Shown here: one piece after another, positions 17,864 through 27,833 of the stretch | Layout of the letters: each line of letters starts with the position of its first letter | Numbering within the stretch: position 1 is the first letter of the stretch | From: a virus | Lineage: Duplodnaviria; Caudoviricetes | Strand: one strand, 5' to 3' | Virus record (IMG/VR): IMGVR_UViG_3300028591_000078 | Span: 128,001 to 192,000 of that record | Length of the DNA: 64,000 bases | Translations under genes and position numbers: made by a program | Notes under the pieces: generated by a model | What the model saw: only the letters and a program-made list of their open reading frames with translations | Databases searched by the model: none | What the model was told of the DNA's origin: nothing

Positions 17864-19726
17864 ATGCTATTTCAGTTACAGTTAATAGAAGAGTATGAAA
17901 ATGGATATCCAATGTATATGTGTCGTCGTAAAGATATGCTTACTGATGAAGAAAAAGATAAAATAAGAGAGAAGCATAAAGATGATCCTGATCCAGAGCA
18001 AGCAACTCAAGATGAAATAGACGCATATAATAAAGAGAGATATGATGTAGATATAGAATATGATGTAACAGTTCCACCTTATAATGAGCAGATTACTGAA
18101 GATAAAGTTCCTGACGAGTATATGAATGAATACCAAGAAATGAGAAGAAGCATTGAAGAGACTGATAAAGTTAAAGTAAATGGTCAAAAGACTGGTAAAT
18201 TCTTTAAGTCTCAAAGATCTCCTTTTGGTTGTGCATATATAGAAAATACTAGACCTAAGGATTGCTATTTATATAAGGTAACTGCTTATAAATTTATAGA
18301 AAATCAAGAAAATATTAGTGATCATCCTGAAGCTCTTGCTATGAGAATATATTCTAGTAGGGTTAGAATAGAAAAAGAGTATACAGAAGATAGTGAACTA
18401 AATTATCCTAATTTTATAATGAGTTATATTAAAAAGCTAGTTCCTATAGAAGATGGAAAGCCTGCTACTAAATCAGCTGTAGACTTTAGTAGAGTATGTA
18501 GAACTGAAGACTTTGATGAAGATTTTATGAAAGAGTACCAAGATTATCTCGATTGGGAGATGACTTCAATATATCAGGTACTATCTGAATCATTCTTATT
18601 AGAGTTTAAAGATAAAGTAAATTGGAAAAAAGTATCTGAGTTCCAAACTTTATCTGAAGACTTCATCAAAGATAATATAAATCTGGTCAATATACCTATA
18701 ATAATTGATAATCAAGATAGTATAACTCCAAAAACAGTACAGGAGTTTATAACTACTGGAGTTACTAGTTGGGAAAGCATATTTGATACTCTAGATCCTA
18801 AGCTTAGTACAGTTAATAAGTTTAAAGATATTATAGATTGGAAGCTTGTATGTGAAAATTGTAAGCTGACAGAAGAGTTTATAGATGCTCATCTTGACTA
18901 TATAGCACCTTATTGGGATTCTATAACTAAATTCCAGGATCATTTATCTGAAGAATTTCTCAAGGAACACGAGAAAGACATAAACTGGACTATAGCATCT
19001 GAGACTCAAACTCTATCCAAAGAGTTAATAGATGATCATTATACAGAACTTGACTGGAGAGCTGTATGTAAGAATCAGAGTTTAGATGAAGATATTATAG
19101 ATAAGTATCCATCTAGGCTGAACTGGCACAATCTATTATCTAATATCAAATTCACCGAAGATCAATTAGATAAGTACTTTGATAATCTTAAGGGTGAATG
19201 GAGAACTGTATCCATATTCCAAAAGATATCTACTAAATGGCTAGAGAAACATATCAATGATATTGATAAGGAGGATTGGAATATGCTTGCATCTAATATG
19301 GAATTTGATATAGACTTTATCAGAAAGTATAAGTCTAGAGTAGATTGGACTATAATATCTGGTCCTAAGTATATACTTACTGAAGCATTTATAGATGAGT
19401 TTAAAGACTATGTAGATTGGCAGACCATATGTGGATTTCAGAATATATCTAATAACTTCATTATGGATCACTATCAGTATATAGACTGGGATGCTATATC
19501 TAAGAATAAAGAGATCTTAACAGAAGAGTTTATAGATAGACATAAGAAGAAGTTATCTTGGGATATAGTAGAAGTAGTTTTCCAAATGTCTGAAGAGTTT
19601 ATCAATGATCATATTGATTATGTAACTTGGTATAATCTATTTAGATTCCAGAATCTATCTAAAGATTTTATAGAGAAGTATAGATGGAAGCTTACAGAGA
19701 AAGAAAGACAGGAGTTGGGTATATAA
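17864..19726 (+). CDS. Tryptophan-repeat protein (~23-aa DW..IS..Q.LSE.FI repeats)
   Basis: More than a dozen tandem repeats in the C-terminal two thirds. Confidence 0.8.
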   Translation: MLFQLQLIEEYENGYPMYMCRRKDMLTDEEKDKIREKHKDDPDPEQATQDEIDAYNKERYDVDIEYDVTVPPYNEQITEDKVPDEYMNEYQEMRRSIEETDKVKVNGQKTGKFFKSQRSPFGCAYIENTRPKDCYLYKVTAYKFIENQENISDHPEALAMRIYSSRVRIEKEYTEDSELNYPNFIMSYIKKLVPIEDGKPATKSAVDFSRVCRTEDFDEDFMKEYQDYLDWEMTSIYQVLSESFLLEFKDKVNWKKVSEFQTLSEDFIKDNINLVNIPIIIDNQDSITPKTVQEFITTGVTSWESIFDTLDPKLSTVNKFKDIIDWKLVCENCKLTEEFIDAHLDYIAPYWDSITKFQDHLSEEFLKEHEKDINWTIASETQTLSKELIDDHYTELDWRAVCKNQSLDEDIIDKYPSRLNWHNLLSNIKFTEDQLDKYFDNLKGEWRTVSIFQKISTKWLEKHINDIDKEDWNMLASNMEFDIDFIRKYKSRVDWTIISGPKYILTEAFIDEFKDYVDWQTICGFQNISNNFIMDHYQYIDWDAISKNKEILTEEFIDRHKKKLSWDIVEVVFQMSEEFINDHIDYVTWYNLFRFQNLSKDFIEKYRWKLTEKERQELGI

Positions 19727-19811
19727 ACCCAACTCCACTTATATATTATAAGAATGTAAGATTGTACCAATTCTGAAACAATCAATTAAACTTATTCAAG
19801 GAGGTCGAATT

Positions 19812-20453
19812 ATGCTCGGCTCTATTAATGTAACATCAGACATTAAACTTGTTGAAGACGTCCTCTATAGTGGAGGAGTTAAAGTTGTAATTGTTGATGA
19901 AGAAAACCCATTCCAAGGCGCTAATAATATAGTGGTAATGGGAAGTGTGTTACTTCCTCCATATGAAGCTCTTGCAGCTATGATAGATGGAGAAACAAGA
20001 ATATTCGCTCAGATATATCATGAGTATCTGTGTAGAAGAGAACCTGAATCTTTCATAGTTCTCTTGATAACTTGTTTATATAGAGGTATGAATATCTTAT
20101 TATTTATACCAGATCAAGAGGCAGACTTCTTACAGCCTCTCTTATATCAGTTTGCCTTATTTGGTATTATAGTAGGATCTGTGTCTAATGTATTTATGAT
20201 CAATCCCCAGCAGGAACCTCAGAGAGTAATACTGATGTATTTATATGATTATATTACTGCAGATGAATATCTTAAGATGCTTCCGATAAATGTCCCAATT
20301 GATGAAAGAGTTTTACCACTCTTAATCAGAGATATTAATCCACATCTTCCTGTATATTCTAAGGATGATTACCTTAGATACTTCGAGAACTATAGACATA
20401 GAGTTATTAATAGTAATAAACCTATAATAGTTCCATTTACGAGGTGTGACTAA
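19812..20453 (+). CDS. Hypothetical protein
   Basis: RBS AGGAGG; early promoter 19740-19756. Confidence 0.75.
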   Translation: MLGSINVTSDIKLVEDVLYSGGVKVVIVDEENPFQGANNIVVMGSVLLPPYEALAAMIDGETRIFAQIYHEYLCRREPESFIVLLITCLYRGMNILLFIPDQEADFLQPLLYQFALFGIIVGSVSNVFMINPQQEPQRVILMYLYDYITADEYLKMLPINVPIDERVLPLLIRDINPHLPVYSKDDYLRYFENYRHRVINSNKPIIVPFTRCD

Positions 20454-20965
20454 TGCTTGCATTTTCAAGAAACATCATATTCAATAGAGATCTAACCCAT
20501 CCTGAAAATACTGTGATATTTAATGTATCATCTTTATTAGAAGGATATAGAAGGTTAGATGCTCTGACTCCACCAAAGTATGTTGGTGGTATGTATATGG
20601 ATCCTAATGATCCTGATAAGTTCTATGAGCTTTATAAAATATATCTATCTCAGAGTACTGATGCTATGCTTGAGATTATGGATATAGCATATGCTTTATA
20701 TGAAGGAATGGATGTAATCCTTCTTATAGGAGCTAGTGATCTATATAGAGATAACCTTAGAGAAGCTATAGCTAAACTATTCATAGAGAGATATGGATAT
20801 CTTAGTAATATCGTTATGGATGTAAATGATATAGAAACTATCAAGGATAATTCATTCGCCATATGGGGATTGATGAACTTTGATAAAGATAAAGAATGGT
20901 ATACTACTATACAAACTGCATATCTAGGTCTAAACTGTGGAAGGAGCTTAGACGATTATGACTGA
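20453..20965 (+). CDS. Hypothetical protein, possibly a distant paralogue of the upstream gene
   Basis: TAATG coupling; LYEGMDVILLI resembles LYRGMNILLFI. Confidence 0.7.
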   Translation: MLAFSRNIIFNRDLTHPENTVIFNVSSLLEGYRRLDALTPPKYVGGMYMDPNDPDKFYELYKIYLSQSTDAMLEIMDIAYALYEGMDVILLIGASDLYRDNLREAIAKLFIERYGYLSNIVMDVNDIETIKDNSFAIWGLMNFDKDKEWYTTIQTAYLGLNCGRSLDDYD

Positions 20966-21779
20966 TTTGTATAAGAAGACTCTATATCTAAAAGATATAG
21001 ACTTCTTGATCAATACTACAATCTATGAATATGATCTAAGCAAGGCAAACATATCAATCTTAAGGCAAGCTAATCTTATAACAGATGATCTATATAATAT
21101 TTTATATAATGCAGATAGAATGGACCGGCAAGTATTCATTGGAAAACTTCAGAAGAAAGATCCTAATATTGCTAAAGCCTTAGAGGTAGGTTTTATAGAA
21201 GCAAGAAGATTATTCTTTGAAGCTAATGGTTTGGAAGAACGAGATGTATTATCTATAAAGAAAGATGCTATTTTTACTTTTAAGAGATGTCTTAATCTCC
21301 AAGTAGCAGAATGGCTAATCTTTAAAGAGAAGAACCTCTATACTTCATATTATCATATTCCTTCTCAGAAGAAAGAACTATATTACTTAAAGCATCCATT
21401 TACAGGGGCTGAGGTTCTTGATATCAAAGGAATGAATGATGAATCATTTCACTATCATACTCATTATATGATAGAATTCTTGCTAGTATTATTTGAAACT
21501 GCTCAAACTGATATAGTTGAAGCATTAGACATGATATCTAGATTTGTTTCCCTCTACAGGTCTAGAAGATTAGAAGTTGGATTTTATCGTAATCTTAATT
21601 CTGAGTCCAAATTCTACTATATCTCTAATCCAAATGCTTTTTCTAGTTTTTCGGCAGAATATCTGCTCGATAATCAGGTTGGGTATTTAGATATATCCTA
21701 CAATGATTTATTGCTTAGGGATCTATATAAATGTATCTCTAAGCAATATTTCTTGACGCACAAGAAGCCGAGGTGCTGA
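20958..21779 (+). CDS. Small DNA polymerase palm-like protein (family B-like motifs)
   Basis: EYDLSKAN (motif A-like), SIKKDAIF (motif C-like), LDIKG. Confidence 0.5.
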   Translation: MTDLYKKTLYLKDIDFLINTTIYEYDLSKANISILRQANLITDDLYNILYNADRMDRQVFIGKLQKKDPNIAKALEVGFIEARRLFFEANGLEERDVLSIKKDAIFTFKRCLNLQVAEWLIFKEKNLYTSYYHIPSQKKELYYLKHPFTGAEVLDIKGMNDESFHYHTHYMIEFLLVLFETAQTDIVEALDMISRFVSLYRSRRLEVGFYRNLNSESKFYYISNPNAFSSFSAEYLLDNQVGYLDISYNDLLLRDLYKCISKQYFLTHKKPRC

Positions 21780-21800
21780 TGCACCTCGGTACTTTCTTTT

Positions 21801-22361
21801 TTATAAGATAACAAGCTGAAGATGGATCGGAATACTAGGAAGTGTCTGACAAGTAAATACTACACCTTCACTAGTAATATCAGCAGTAATACAAGAACCT
21901 ACAATGATATCCTGTTCAGTTGTAGATATATTAGGTTCGAAGCCAAGTACTACAACCATATCTGTAGACATATCAGAAATTCTTTCAAGATACTGCTTAT
22001 TAACCCAGTCATTTACTCCTATAGCTACATGAACTACTTCTCCAGAACCAGTGCCAGCACCAGAAGGAGAATAGTAAGCGATTCTCTTTTCATCGAGATC
22101 TATAGCTATCGGAACATACTGATCTGCAACGAATGCGTTAGTTCTTGCAGCAAGATTCTTAAGATCTGTAAATGCATATACTTCACCATTAAGAGTAACT
22201 TTATCTCCAACAGTGAATGCATGATAAGGTCTGAATACCTTGGTGAAGAGTCCTGTAATATTCATAGGATAATCTTCATCCCAAGTAAGCATATGTATTT
22301 TATTAGTCTCGTCCCACTCATAGTCGAGTTCGAGGAGACGCATCTTCGGATTTAATGCCAT
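21801..22361 (-). CDS. Hypothetical protein, possibly tail-associated
   Basis: RBS AAAGGAG before MALNPK; AACT-N6-TA promoter variant. Confidence 0.6.
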   Translation of the reverse strand: MALNPKMRLLELDYEWDETNKIHMLTWDEDYPMNITGLFTKVFRPYHAFTVGDKVTLNGEVYAFTDLKNLAARTNAFVADQYVPIAIDLDEKRIAYYSPSGAGTGSGEVVHVAIGVNDWVNKQYLERISDMSTDMVVVLGFEPNISTTEQDIIVGSCITADITSEGVVFTCQTLPSIPIHLQLVIL

Positions 22362-22452
22362 TTTAATAGCTCCTTTCATAAGTAGATACTTATTATAAAG
22401 TTAAAACTATTCGAACTTTTATATAATCAATATATAAAAGAGGTGTTTCCAA

Positions 22453-22773
22453 ATGAACCAGTTAGATTCTATTGTTATAAAGAATGGTGTCAGAGGAGTA
22501 GACATTTCTGACAAAGAAATTCAGGCCTATGTAGATATGGGTCGTGAAAAGAGACCTCACGTAAAGCTTACAGGAATTACATTGACTCTCGATAATGACT
22601 ATGTTGATGTAGAATGGGACTATGATACTCCTAAGTTCGAGAGAATAAGACGTATCACAGGTTATCTTGTAGGTACTTTGGATCGCTTCAATAATGCTAA
22701 GAGAGCAGAGGTTGAAGACAGAGTAAAACATGAAATTGTAGATGACTGTGAAGATGTATATGTTGATAGCTAA
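22453..22773 (+). CDS. Stand-alone class III ribonucleotide reductase (NrdD) C-terminal glycyl-radical domain protein
   Basis: RIRRITGYL...RFNNAKRAEVEDRVKH is the NrdD C-terminal signature; only 106 aa. Confidence 0.8.
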   Translation: MNQLDSIVIKNGVRGVDISDKEIQAYVDMGREKRPHVKLTGITLTLDNDYVDVEWDYDTPKFERIRRITGYLVGTLDRFNNAKRAEVEDRVKHEIVDDCEDVYVDS

Positions 22774-22800
22774 TATATCTTTCAGATATATACTATAAAT

Positions 22801-23005
22801 GTGTATAAGAGGTTTTTGACGGTTCCTTCTTATACACTCGCTTTTTGTACAGCTCCTTTGTCATACATACTTTACTGTCCCACGTTAAGTATGTATGGTA
22901 GGATTGGTATAGTGTTTGCAGACTAAAGCTATACTATAAGATCCAAATATCTGAACAAGATAAAGTCTGTATAAAGGTGGCACCCCTCGCCACCTTTATT
23001 TTTTA
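22801..23005 (+). ncRNA. Candidate multi-hairpin small RNA
   Basis: Early promoter 22787-22803; stems 22801-22837 and 22862-22897; terminator 22971-22999; no RBS-led ORF. Confidence 0.5.
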
Positions 23006-23072
23006 TTAAATCTACCTAATTTGGTCGAATTAGAGAACATCTATATAATAACCATATTAGGAGGATTTAGAG

Positions 23073-23750
23073 ATGTATCAAGAAACATTCAATGAATTCC
23101 CTGATATAAGTATGTATGACAATAATAATAACCCTACTATATACAGTCCAAACTCACCTATACATTTACCATTCTATCAGGATAAAGAAACTTTATCTGA
23201 TATAGATAGCTATAAACGGTTCTTGGACAATACAGTAGCTAGGTTCAGAAAGTCGCGTACTTATACCAACTATAAAGCATATTTGATGGGAGATCTTGGA
23301 CTAGATCATTGCCAGTTCTTTGGTAATATCGATTCCGATGTAGCTTCCATTGAAATGAACCATGTAATCTTAACAGTCTTTGATGATGCTATGATTATGT
23401 GTGAGCATACTATAAATACTATCGGTAGAATAAGCTCTTTCGATCTTGAGTATATGCTCAAAGATGCACACAAGAGGAACCTTATTCCTATCGTAATGAT
23501 GTGCACCACTGTACATCAGGAATACCATGATGATCCTAACTTCTATGTAGCTCCAAACCAGATCTTTGGTAAATGGTGGGAGTTCTTAGATTGTTATAAG
23601 TATGGTATAACTCAGGAGATCGCTATAAAACTCATCTATTATATCAGAAAAGCTCTTGAAGAACCTGATTCAGATGATAATGGTCTCCTTAAACTAAGAG
23701 ATTCAATAATGGATTGGAGTAGATTTAATTATGATAACTTCGGTATATGA
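23073..23750 (+). CDS. Hypothetical protein with possible degenerate HNH-like motif
   Basis: CQF...EMNH...MMCTTVHQEYH; late promoter at 23036. Confidence 0.55.
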   Translation: MYQETFNEFPDISMYDNNNNPTIYSPNSPIHLPFYQDKETLSDIDSYKRFLDNTVARFRKSRTYTNYKAYLMGDLGLDHCQFFGNIDSDVASIEMNHVILTVFDDAMIMCEHTINTIGRISSFDLEYMLKDAHKRNLIPIVMMCTTVHQEYHDDPNFYVAPNQIFGKWWEFLDCYKYGITQEIAIKLIYYIRKALEEPDSDDNGLLKLRDSIMDWSRFNYDNFGI

Positions 23751-24183
23751 TATACTAGCAATAGTATGGACAGTGATAGGAACTTTACTCATAACGTATA
23801 TGTCTATAGGTATCATTAGATATCTTAATAGAAAAAATGCACTTAATGAATATGAGATCAATCTAGCTTATGACACATCTAATATAGAGAATGAGCTAGA
23901 TACTATAATTCAAAATGCTATAACTGTATATGCTGCTCTGAATATATCTTATCAGGATGATGTATATATCAATGATAAGATGGAAGAGGATATAAGAAAT
24001 AGCGTAGTAGGAGATGTGAATGATAAGCTTACTCTTACTATGATTAATAAGCTTTCTCTTATCTACAAATCTGATAGGATAGAAGATATAATTGCAATGA
24101 AGATCTATCTTGCAGTTATGCTTTATAGAGTACAGCATAATAGTGGTAAAACTGCTACTCCAAATGATGTAAAAAGCGAATAA
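23731..24183 (+). CDS. Membrane-anchored hypothetical protein
   Basis: N-terminal hydrophobic helix. Confidence 0.65.
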   Translation: MITSVYDILAIVWTVIGTLLITYMSIGIIRYLNRKNALNEYEINLAYDTSNIENELDTIIQNAITVYAALNISYQDDVYINDKMEEDIRNSVVGDVNDKLTLTMINKLSLIYKSDRIEDIIAMKIYLAVMLYRVQHNSGKTATPNDVKSE

Positions 24184-24208
24184 AAGTTTATGATAAGAAC
24201 ATATAAGT

Positions 24209-24293
24209 AGTGCTTAAAAGGCATTGTGTTCAACTCATTTATACGTATTCCTTTTCGTCAATAGCCCATGGTTTTTATACCATGGGCTCCTTT
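24209..24293 (+). ncRNA. Candidate late small RNA with anti-SD/anti-start segment
   Basis: Promoter AACATATAAGTA at 24198; hairpin AGCCCATGG/CCATGGGCT; internal ACTCATTTATACGTATTCCTT. Confidence 0.4.
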
Positions 24294-24355
24294 CCTGTGT
24301 TTCGTGATATGCTCAACATAAATGTAATCAAATCCTTGAATAAGGAGGTATATAG

Positions 24356-26863
24356 ATGAGTGATGAAATACAGATGATTTATTCTGACAATCCTTATATA
24401 GACGTCTTAGTATATAATACTAAGATATTAGCTAAGGGTTGTGTGGTAAAGAATCAGAACACTGCTGACTCATATGAAACAGCAGAAACAATGAAAAGAG
24501 CTGATATCTATTGCTCGTGCATAGAGCAGCATACATTTTTCGAAATGTTCTTCCCATATCCTAGATGGGCTATAAATATGATAGATCCTGATGTAGATCA
24601 TCAGGTATCATATATGCAAGATAATTACAATATTCCAGAAGAGTTACGTCCTCGGATTCAGAAGTATATGATGGATTATACTATTCAGAATTATGAGGAA
24701 GGTAATGAGTATTATAGAGAGCTGAATGGTCAGCCTCCTATATTGGGTGACTTTATATATCCTGGTCCATATATACCTGATGATATATATGTAACAGACA
24801 AGACTCTTCCTATACATGAATTCTCAGACTTTGATATAGACGTATTGGAAGTATTTGGTATCCTGGATAAGATCAAAGCCGATTATCCTGATGCTAAATA
24901 TCTGAATCATCTTGGATATAAGAGAATAGATATTTATAAGGCTAGAAAAGCCTTAGAGTTTGAACTCTTATATATTCCTGGATGTGAAGTTGAAGAGATC
25001 AGATCTCAATATATAGAAACCTATGCTAGAAATAGAGACTTTACTTTAAAGACTATCTATTCAGATGCATTTAGGTTCCAGTCTGACTACTATGATAACT
25101 TCATAAGTCTGTTTATTACTATTCAGACTATGATAGATATCATTACTAATGTGCAGATTAATATCCTTAAGAAGGATGTATTTGATTCTCGTACTCTTAG
25201 ATGGCTATTTGAATCATATGGTATACCATACTATTCTGAGATACCATTAAAGTATCAGGTGGCTATGATAAAGAATATACATACATTACTGAAGTATAAG
25301 TCTACTAATAGAAATATTGTAGATATATGCTCGCTGTTTGGATATGATAATATCGTAATCTTTAAGTATTATCTCCTGAAAGATAGAACTGTATCTGAAG
25401 ATGATATTACTGGTTATGATAAAGAAGCTTCTGAACTGAAGTTTATAAAACTCCCTCTCCAGGATAAGATAGACTACTATATCAAAGATAGGACTAACTA
25501 CCTTACTTATGATCAGATAGTATATCAAGATGAATTCTGGGATGGAGATCTCCCTCATGATGAGATTAAGAAGAGAGTTATGGATAAGGAGTTTGCACTA
25601 GTAAGAACTAAATACTTATCAGTAGACTCTATGTGCGATCTCTCTGATATAGCATTCAATATATGCTACTTCTTCAACTTCATTTTTGATAAGCATAAGT
25701 TAGAAGAGTATCTTGTATGCTATGTACCTTATATAAAACAGAATAAAGCCTTTAGAATGGTAGACTTATTCATATTCTTGACTTGTATAAACTTCTACTA
25801 TATGGATGTAGAAGATACTATCATGGATACTATGGGTAAAGTCTTATATATAAAAGGATTTAACTTTGAAGCCGATCTTGCAGGGCTAGCTCAATACTTA
25901 GCAGATAATCATGTATCTGATATCTTTGCTAATATTGCTGGATTCCATGTAGAAGCTTCTAGTATACTTACTTATAAGCAGATGCTTAAGATCTTTGTAG
26001 ATAATAAAGATGTTTATAAGTACCTTGTAAATGAAATGGTTAACTGTAAGGATATGAGAATGTATAGAATCTTTAAGAAGATATATGATTCTCTTATGAT
26101 TATAGAGTATACCAACAAGTACTTTGAAATACCTACAGGAGGTATAGCAAAGACTTATACAGAGTTTCTTAAATATAGAGATCCAACTCTATATGCAGAA
26201 CTCAAAAAACTGGCTGCAATTACAGATCTTGAGAAGAGAAGAAATCTGATCGTTAATCTTATAGATCATGTAATCTATGCTCTTGATGAGTGTTTCAATA
26301 ATGATGAGATACTCAGATATATATATAGATACTTCCCAGGACATGGCGAAGAGTTGATTCAGCAGTATATAATGAAGATGATCATGTTCTTCAAGTCTTA
26401 TAAGACACAGCTGTTGAATCTTACTATAATCTATCTATTAGATGATAGATTAGAGAATAATATGAGACCTATAGATCATCTACAGGATCTTATATCTCAT
26501 TTTGATCTTGATGAAGGAAAGCCTATTACAGAGAAAGTATTCATAGATATATGGTTCTTCTTGAATGAAAAAGATATGGCTGGATTCTTGGATAAGATGA
26601 GGATTGAAGTGTCTAGATTAGTAGATAAGAGTTACATTGATAAGATGAAATACTATGACACTATTGATGAATTCTATCTACACTTCATATTCGATGACTG
26701 GAATAAATATAAGGATATGTTTATGGATCTCATAGCAACCCACTTCTTCAGTCATAAATATACAATAGATTCTAGGTTACATGAAATGAATTCTACTTTA
26801 ACCTATGAAGATCGGCTATATAGACCTCTTGACAAGGTCTCCATTGAGCCATATTTTGAATAA
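24356..26863 (+). CDS. Large virion structural protein (baseplate-like)
   Basis: 835 aa; late promoter at 24315; LLKYKST...I..LFG segment reminiscent of baseplate wedge proteins. Confidence 0.55.
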   Translation: MSDEIQMIYSDNPYIDVLVYNTKILAKGCVVKNQNTADSYETAETMKRADIYCSCIEQHTFFEMFFPYPRWAINMIDPDVDHQVSYMQDNYNIPEELRPRIQKYMMDYTIQNYEEGNEYYRELNGQPPILGDFIYPGPYIPDDIYVTDKTLPIHEFSDFDIDVLEVFGILDKIKADYPDAKYLNHLGYKRIDIYKARKALEFELLYIPGCEVEEIRSQYIETYARNRDFTLKTIYSDAFRFQSDYYDNFISLFITIQTMIDIITNVQINILKKDVFDSRTLRWLFESYGIPYYSEIPLKYQVAMIKNIHTLLKYKSTNRNIVDICSLFGYDNIVIFKYYLLKDRTVSEDDITGYDKEASELKFIKLPLQDKIDYYIKDRTNYLTYDQIVYQDEFWDGDLPHDEIKKRVMDKEFALVRTKYLSVDSMCDLSDIAFNICYFFNFIFDKHKLEEYLVCYVPYIKQNKAFRMVDLFIFLTCINFYYMDVEDTIMDTMGKVLYIKGFNFEADLAGLAQYLADNHVSDIFANIAGFHVEASSILTYKQMLKIFVDNKDVYKYLVNEMVNCKDMRMYRIFKKIYDSLMIIEYTNKYFEIPTGGIAKTYTEFLKYRDPTLYAELKKLAAITDLEKRRNLIVNLIDHVIYALDECFNNDEILRYIYRYFPGHGEELIQQYIMKMIMFFKSYKTQLLNLTIIYLLDDRLENNMRPIDHLQDLISHFDLDEGKPITEKVFIDIWFFLNEKDMAGFLDKMRIEVSRLVDKSYIDKMKYYDTIDEFYLHFIFDDWNKYKDMFMDLIATHFFSHKYTIDSRLHEMNSTLTYEDRLYRPLDKVSIEPYFE

Positions 26864-26910
26864 GACAACATATGAGTAATATTAGACCGTGTAAGGAGGA
26901 ATAATCTATC

Positions 26911-27738
26911 ATGGACAACAAGCAGCTTTTGATGTTCGATAGTAACAAAAATAGAGACCATGCGTCACTTAAGGCTACTAGTGTAATTATAAAATGCCTG
27001 GAAACAGGAGAAGAAATATATAGGGGAATGAATAAGGTTATAGTCTCTGGATCTGAGTTTACAGCTAGAAGACACTTTGATCTTCCTGGAGTAGAGATTA
27101 CTCAGACTTATAATGCAGCTCTTCAGCTGGAGAACTCTGTATGGAGTGGACCGCCTTCTCAGGATGCTGTAAAGACATTCCTCTTCGCTGTAGGAACAGA
27201 TGGATGTGGAAATCTTCCTAGCCAGGTATATGATGTAGATACTACTAAGTGGATCAAGCCTAGTGCTCTTGTTCCTTTCAGACTTGTAGATCCTGAAGAG
27301 GATCTTACTATAGTAGAAAGAGCTAAGTACTTTGGTAGAAAGCCTACCGCATATGTTATAGATGGTGAAGAGATTCCGAAGATCGCATATTACTTTAAGG
27401 CTTTTGAGCATGATCCTATACTTAAGCTTGTATATGCAGACTCTTCTGACATTACTCCTGATGTATGGAACGATCCTAGAACCACAGAAGCAGAGATATA
27501 TGTAGAGCTTAAGCTTCAGGTTACTAAGGAAGACTGCAGAGACTTCTTCTACAATACATCTGGTATTAATGATTCTCGTCTTAATACTCTTTCGCTTCTC
27601 TACTGCTGGTCTACAACAGATGAGAATGGATATAAGTGGTATCAGGATATCAGACCTCTTACAAAGTATAACTTCCCGAATGAATCATTAATAGATCCTA
27701 GCAAGGGATTAGATATTACATATCACCTCTACTATTAA
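26911..27738 (+). CDS. Virion structural protein (baseplate/tail)
   Basis: Late promoter at 26867; NKVIVSG...FAVGTDG pattern. Confidence 0.5.
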   Translation: MDNKQLLMFDSNKNRDHASLKATSVIIKCLETGEEIYRGMNKVIVSGSEFTARRHFDLPGVEITQTYNAALQLENSVWSGPPSQDAVKTFLFAVGTDGCGNLPSQVYDVDTTKWIKPSALVPFRLVDPEEDLTIVERAKYFGRKPTAYVIDGEEIPKIAYYFKAFEHDPILKLVYADSSDITPDVWNDPRTTEAEIYVELKLQVTKEDCRDFFYNTSGINDSRLNTLSLLYCWSTTDENGYKWYQDIRPLTKYNFPNESLIDPSKGLDITYHLYY

Positions 27739-27748
27739 AAAACACGAA

Positions 27749-27777
27749 TTGACCTAGGGCGGTAACCCTAGGTCAAC
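27749..27777. terminator. Bidirectional terminator
   Basis: TTGACCTAGGG-CGGTAA-CCCTAGGTCAA. Confidence 0.75.
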
Positions 27778-27833
27778 TCTTGTATTTTACGGAGGAATCG
27801 AGATTCCCATGAAGAAGTTTCATTATATAAATG

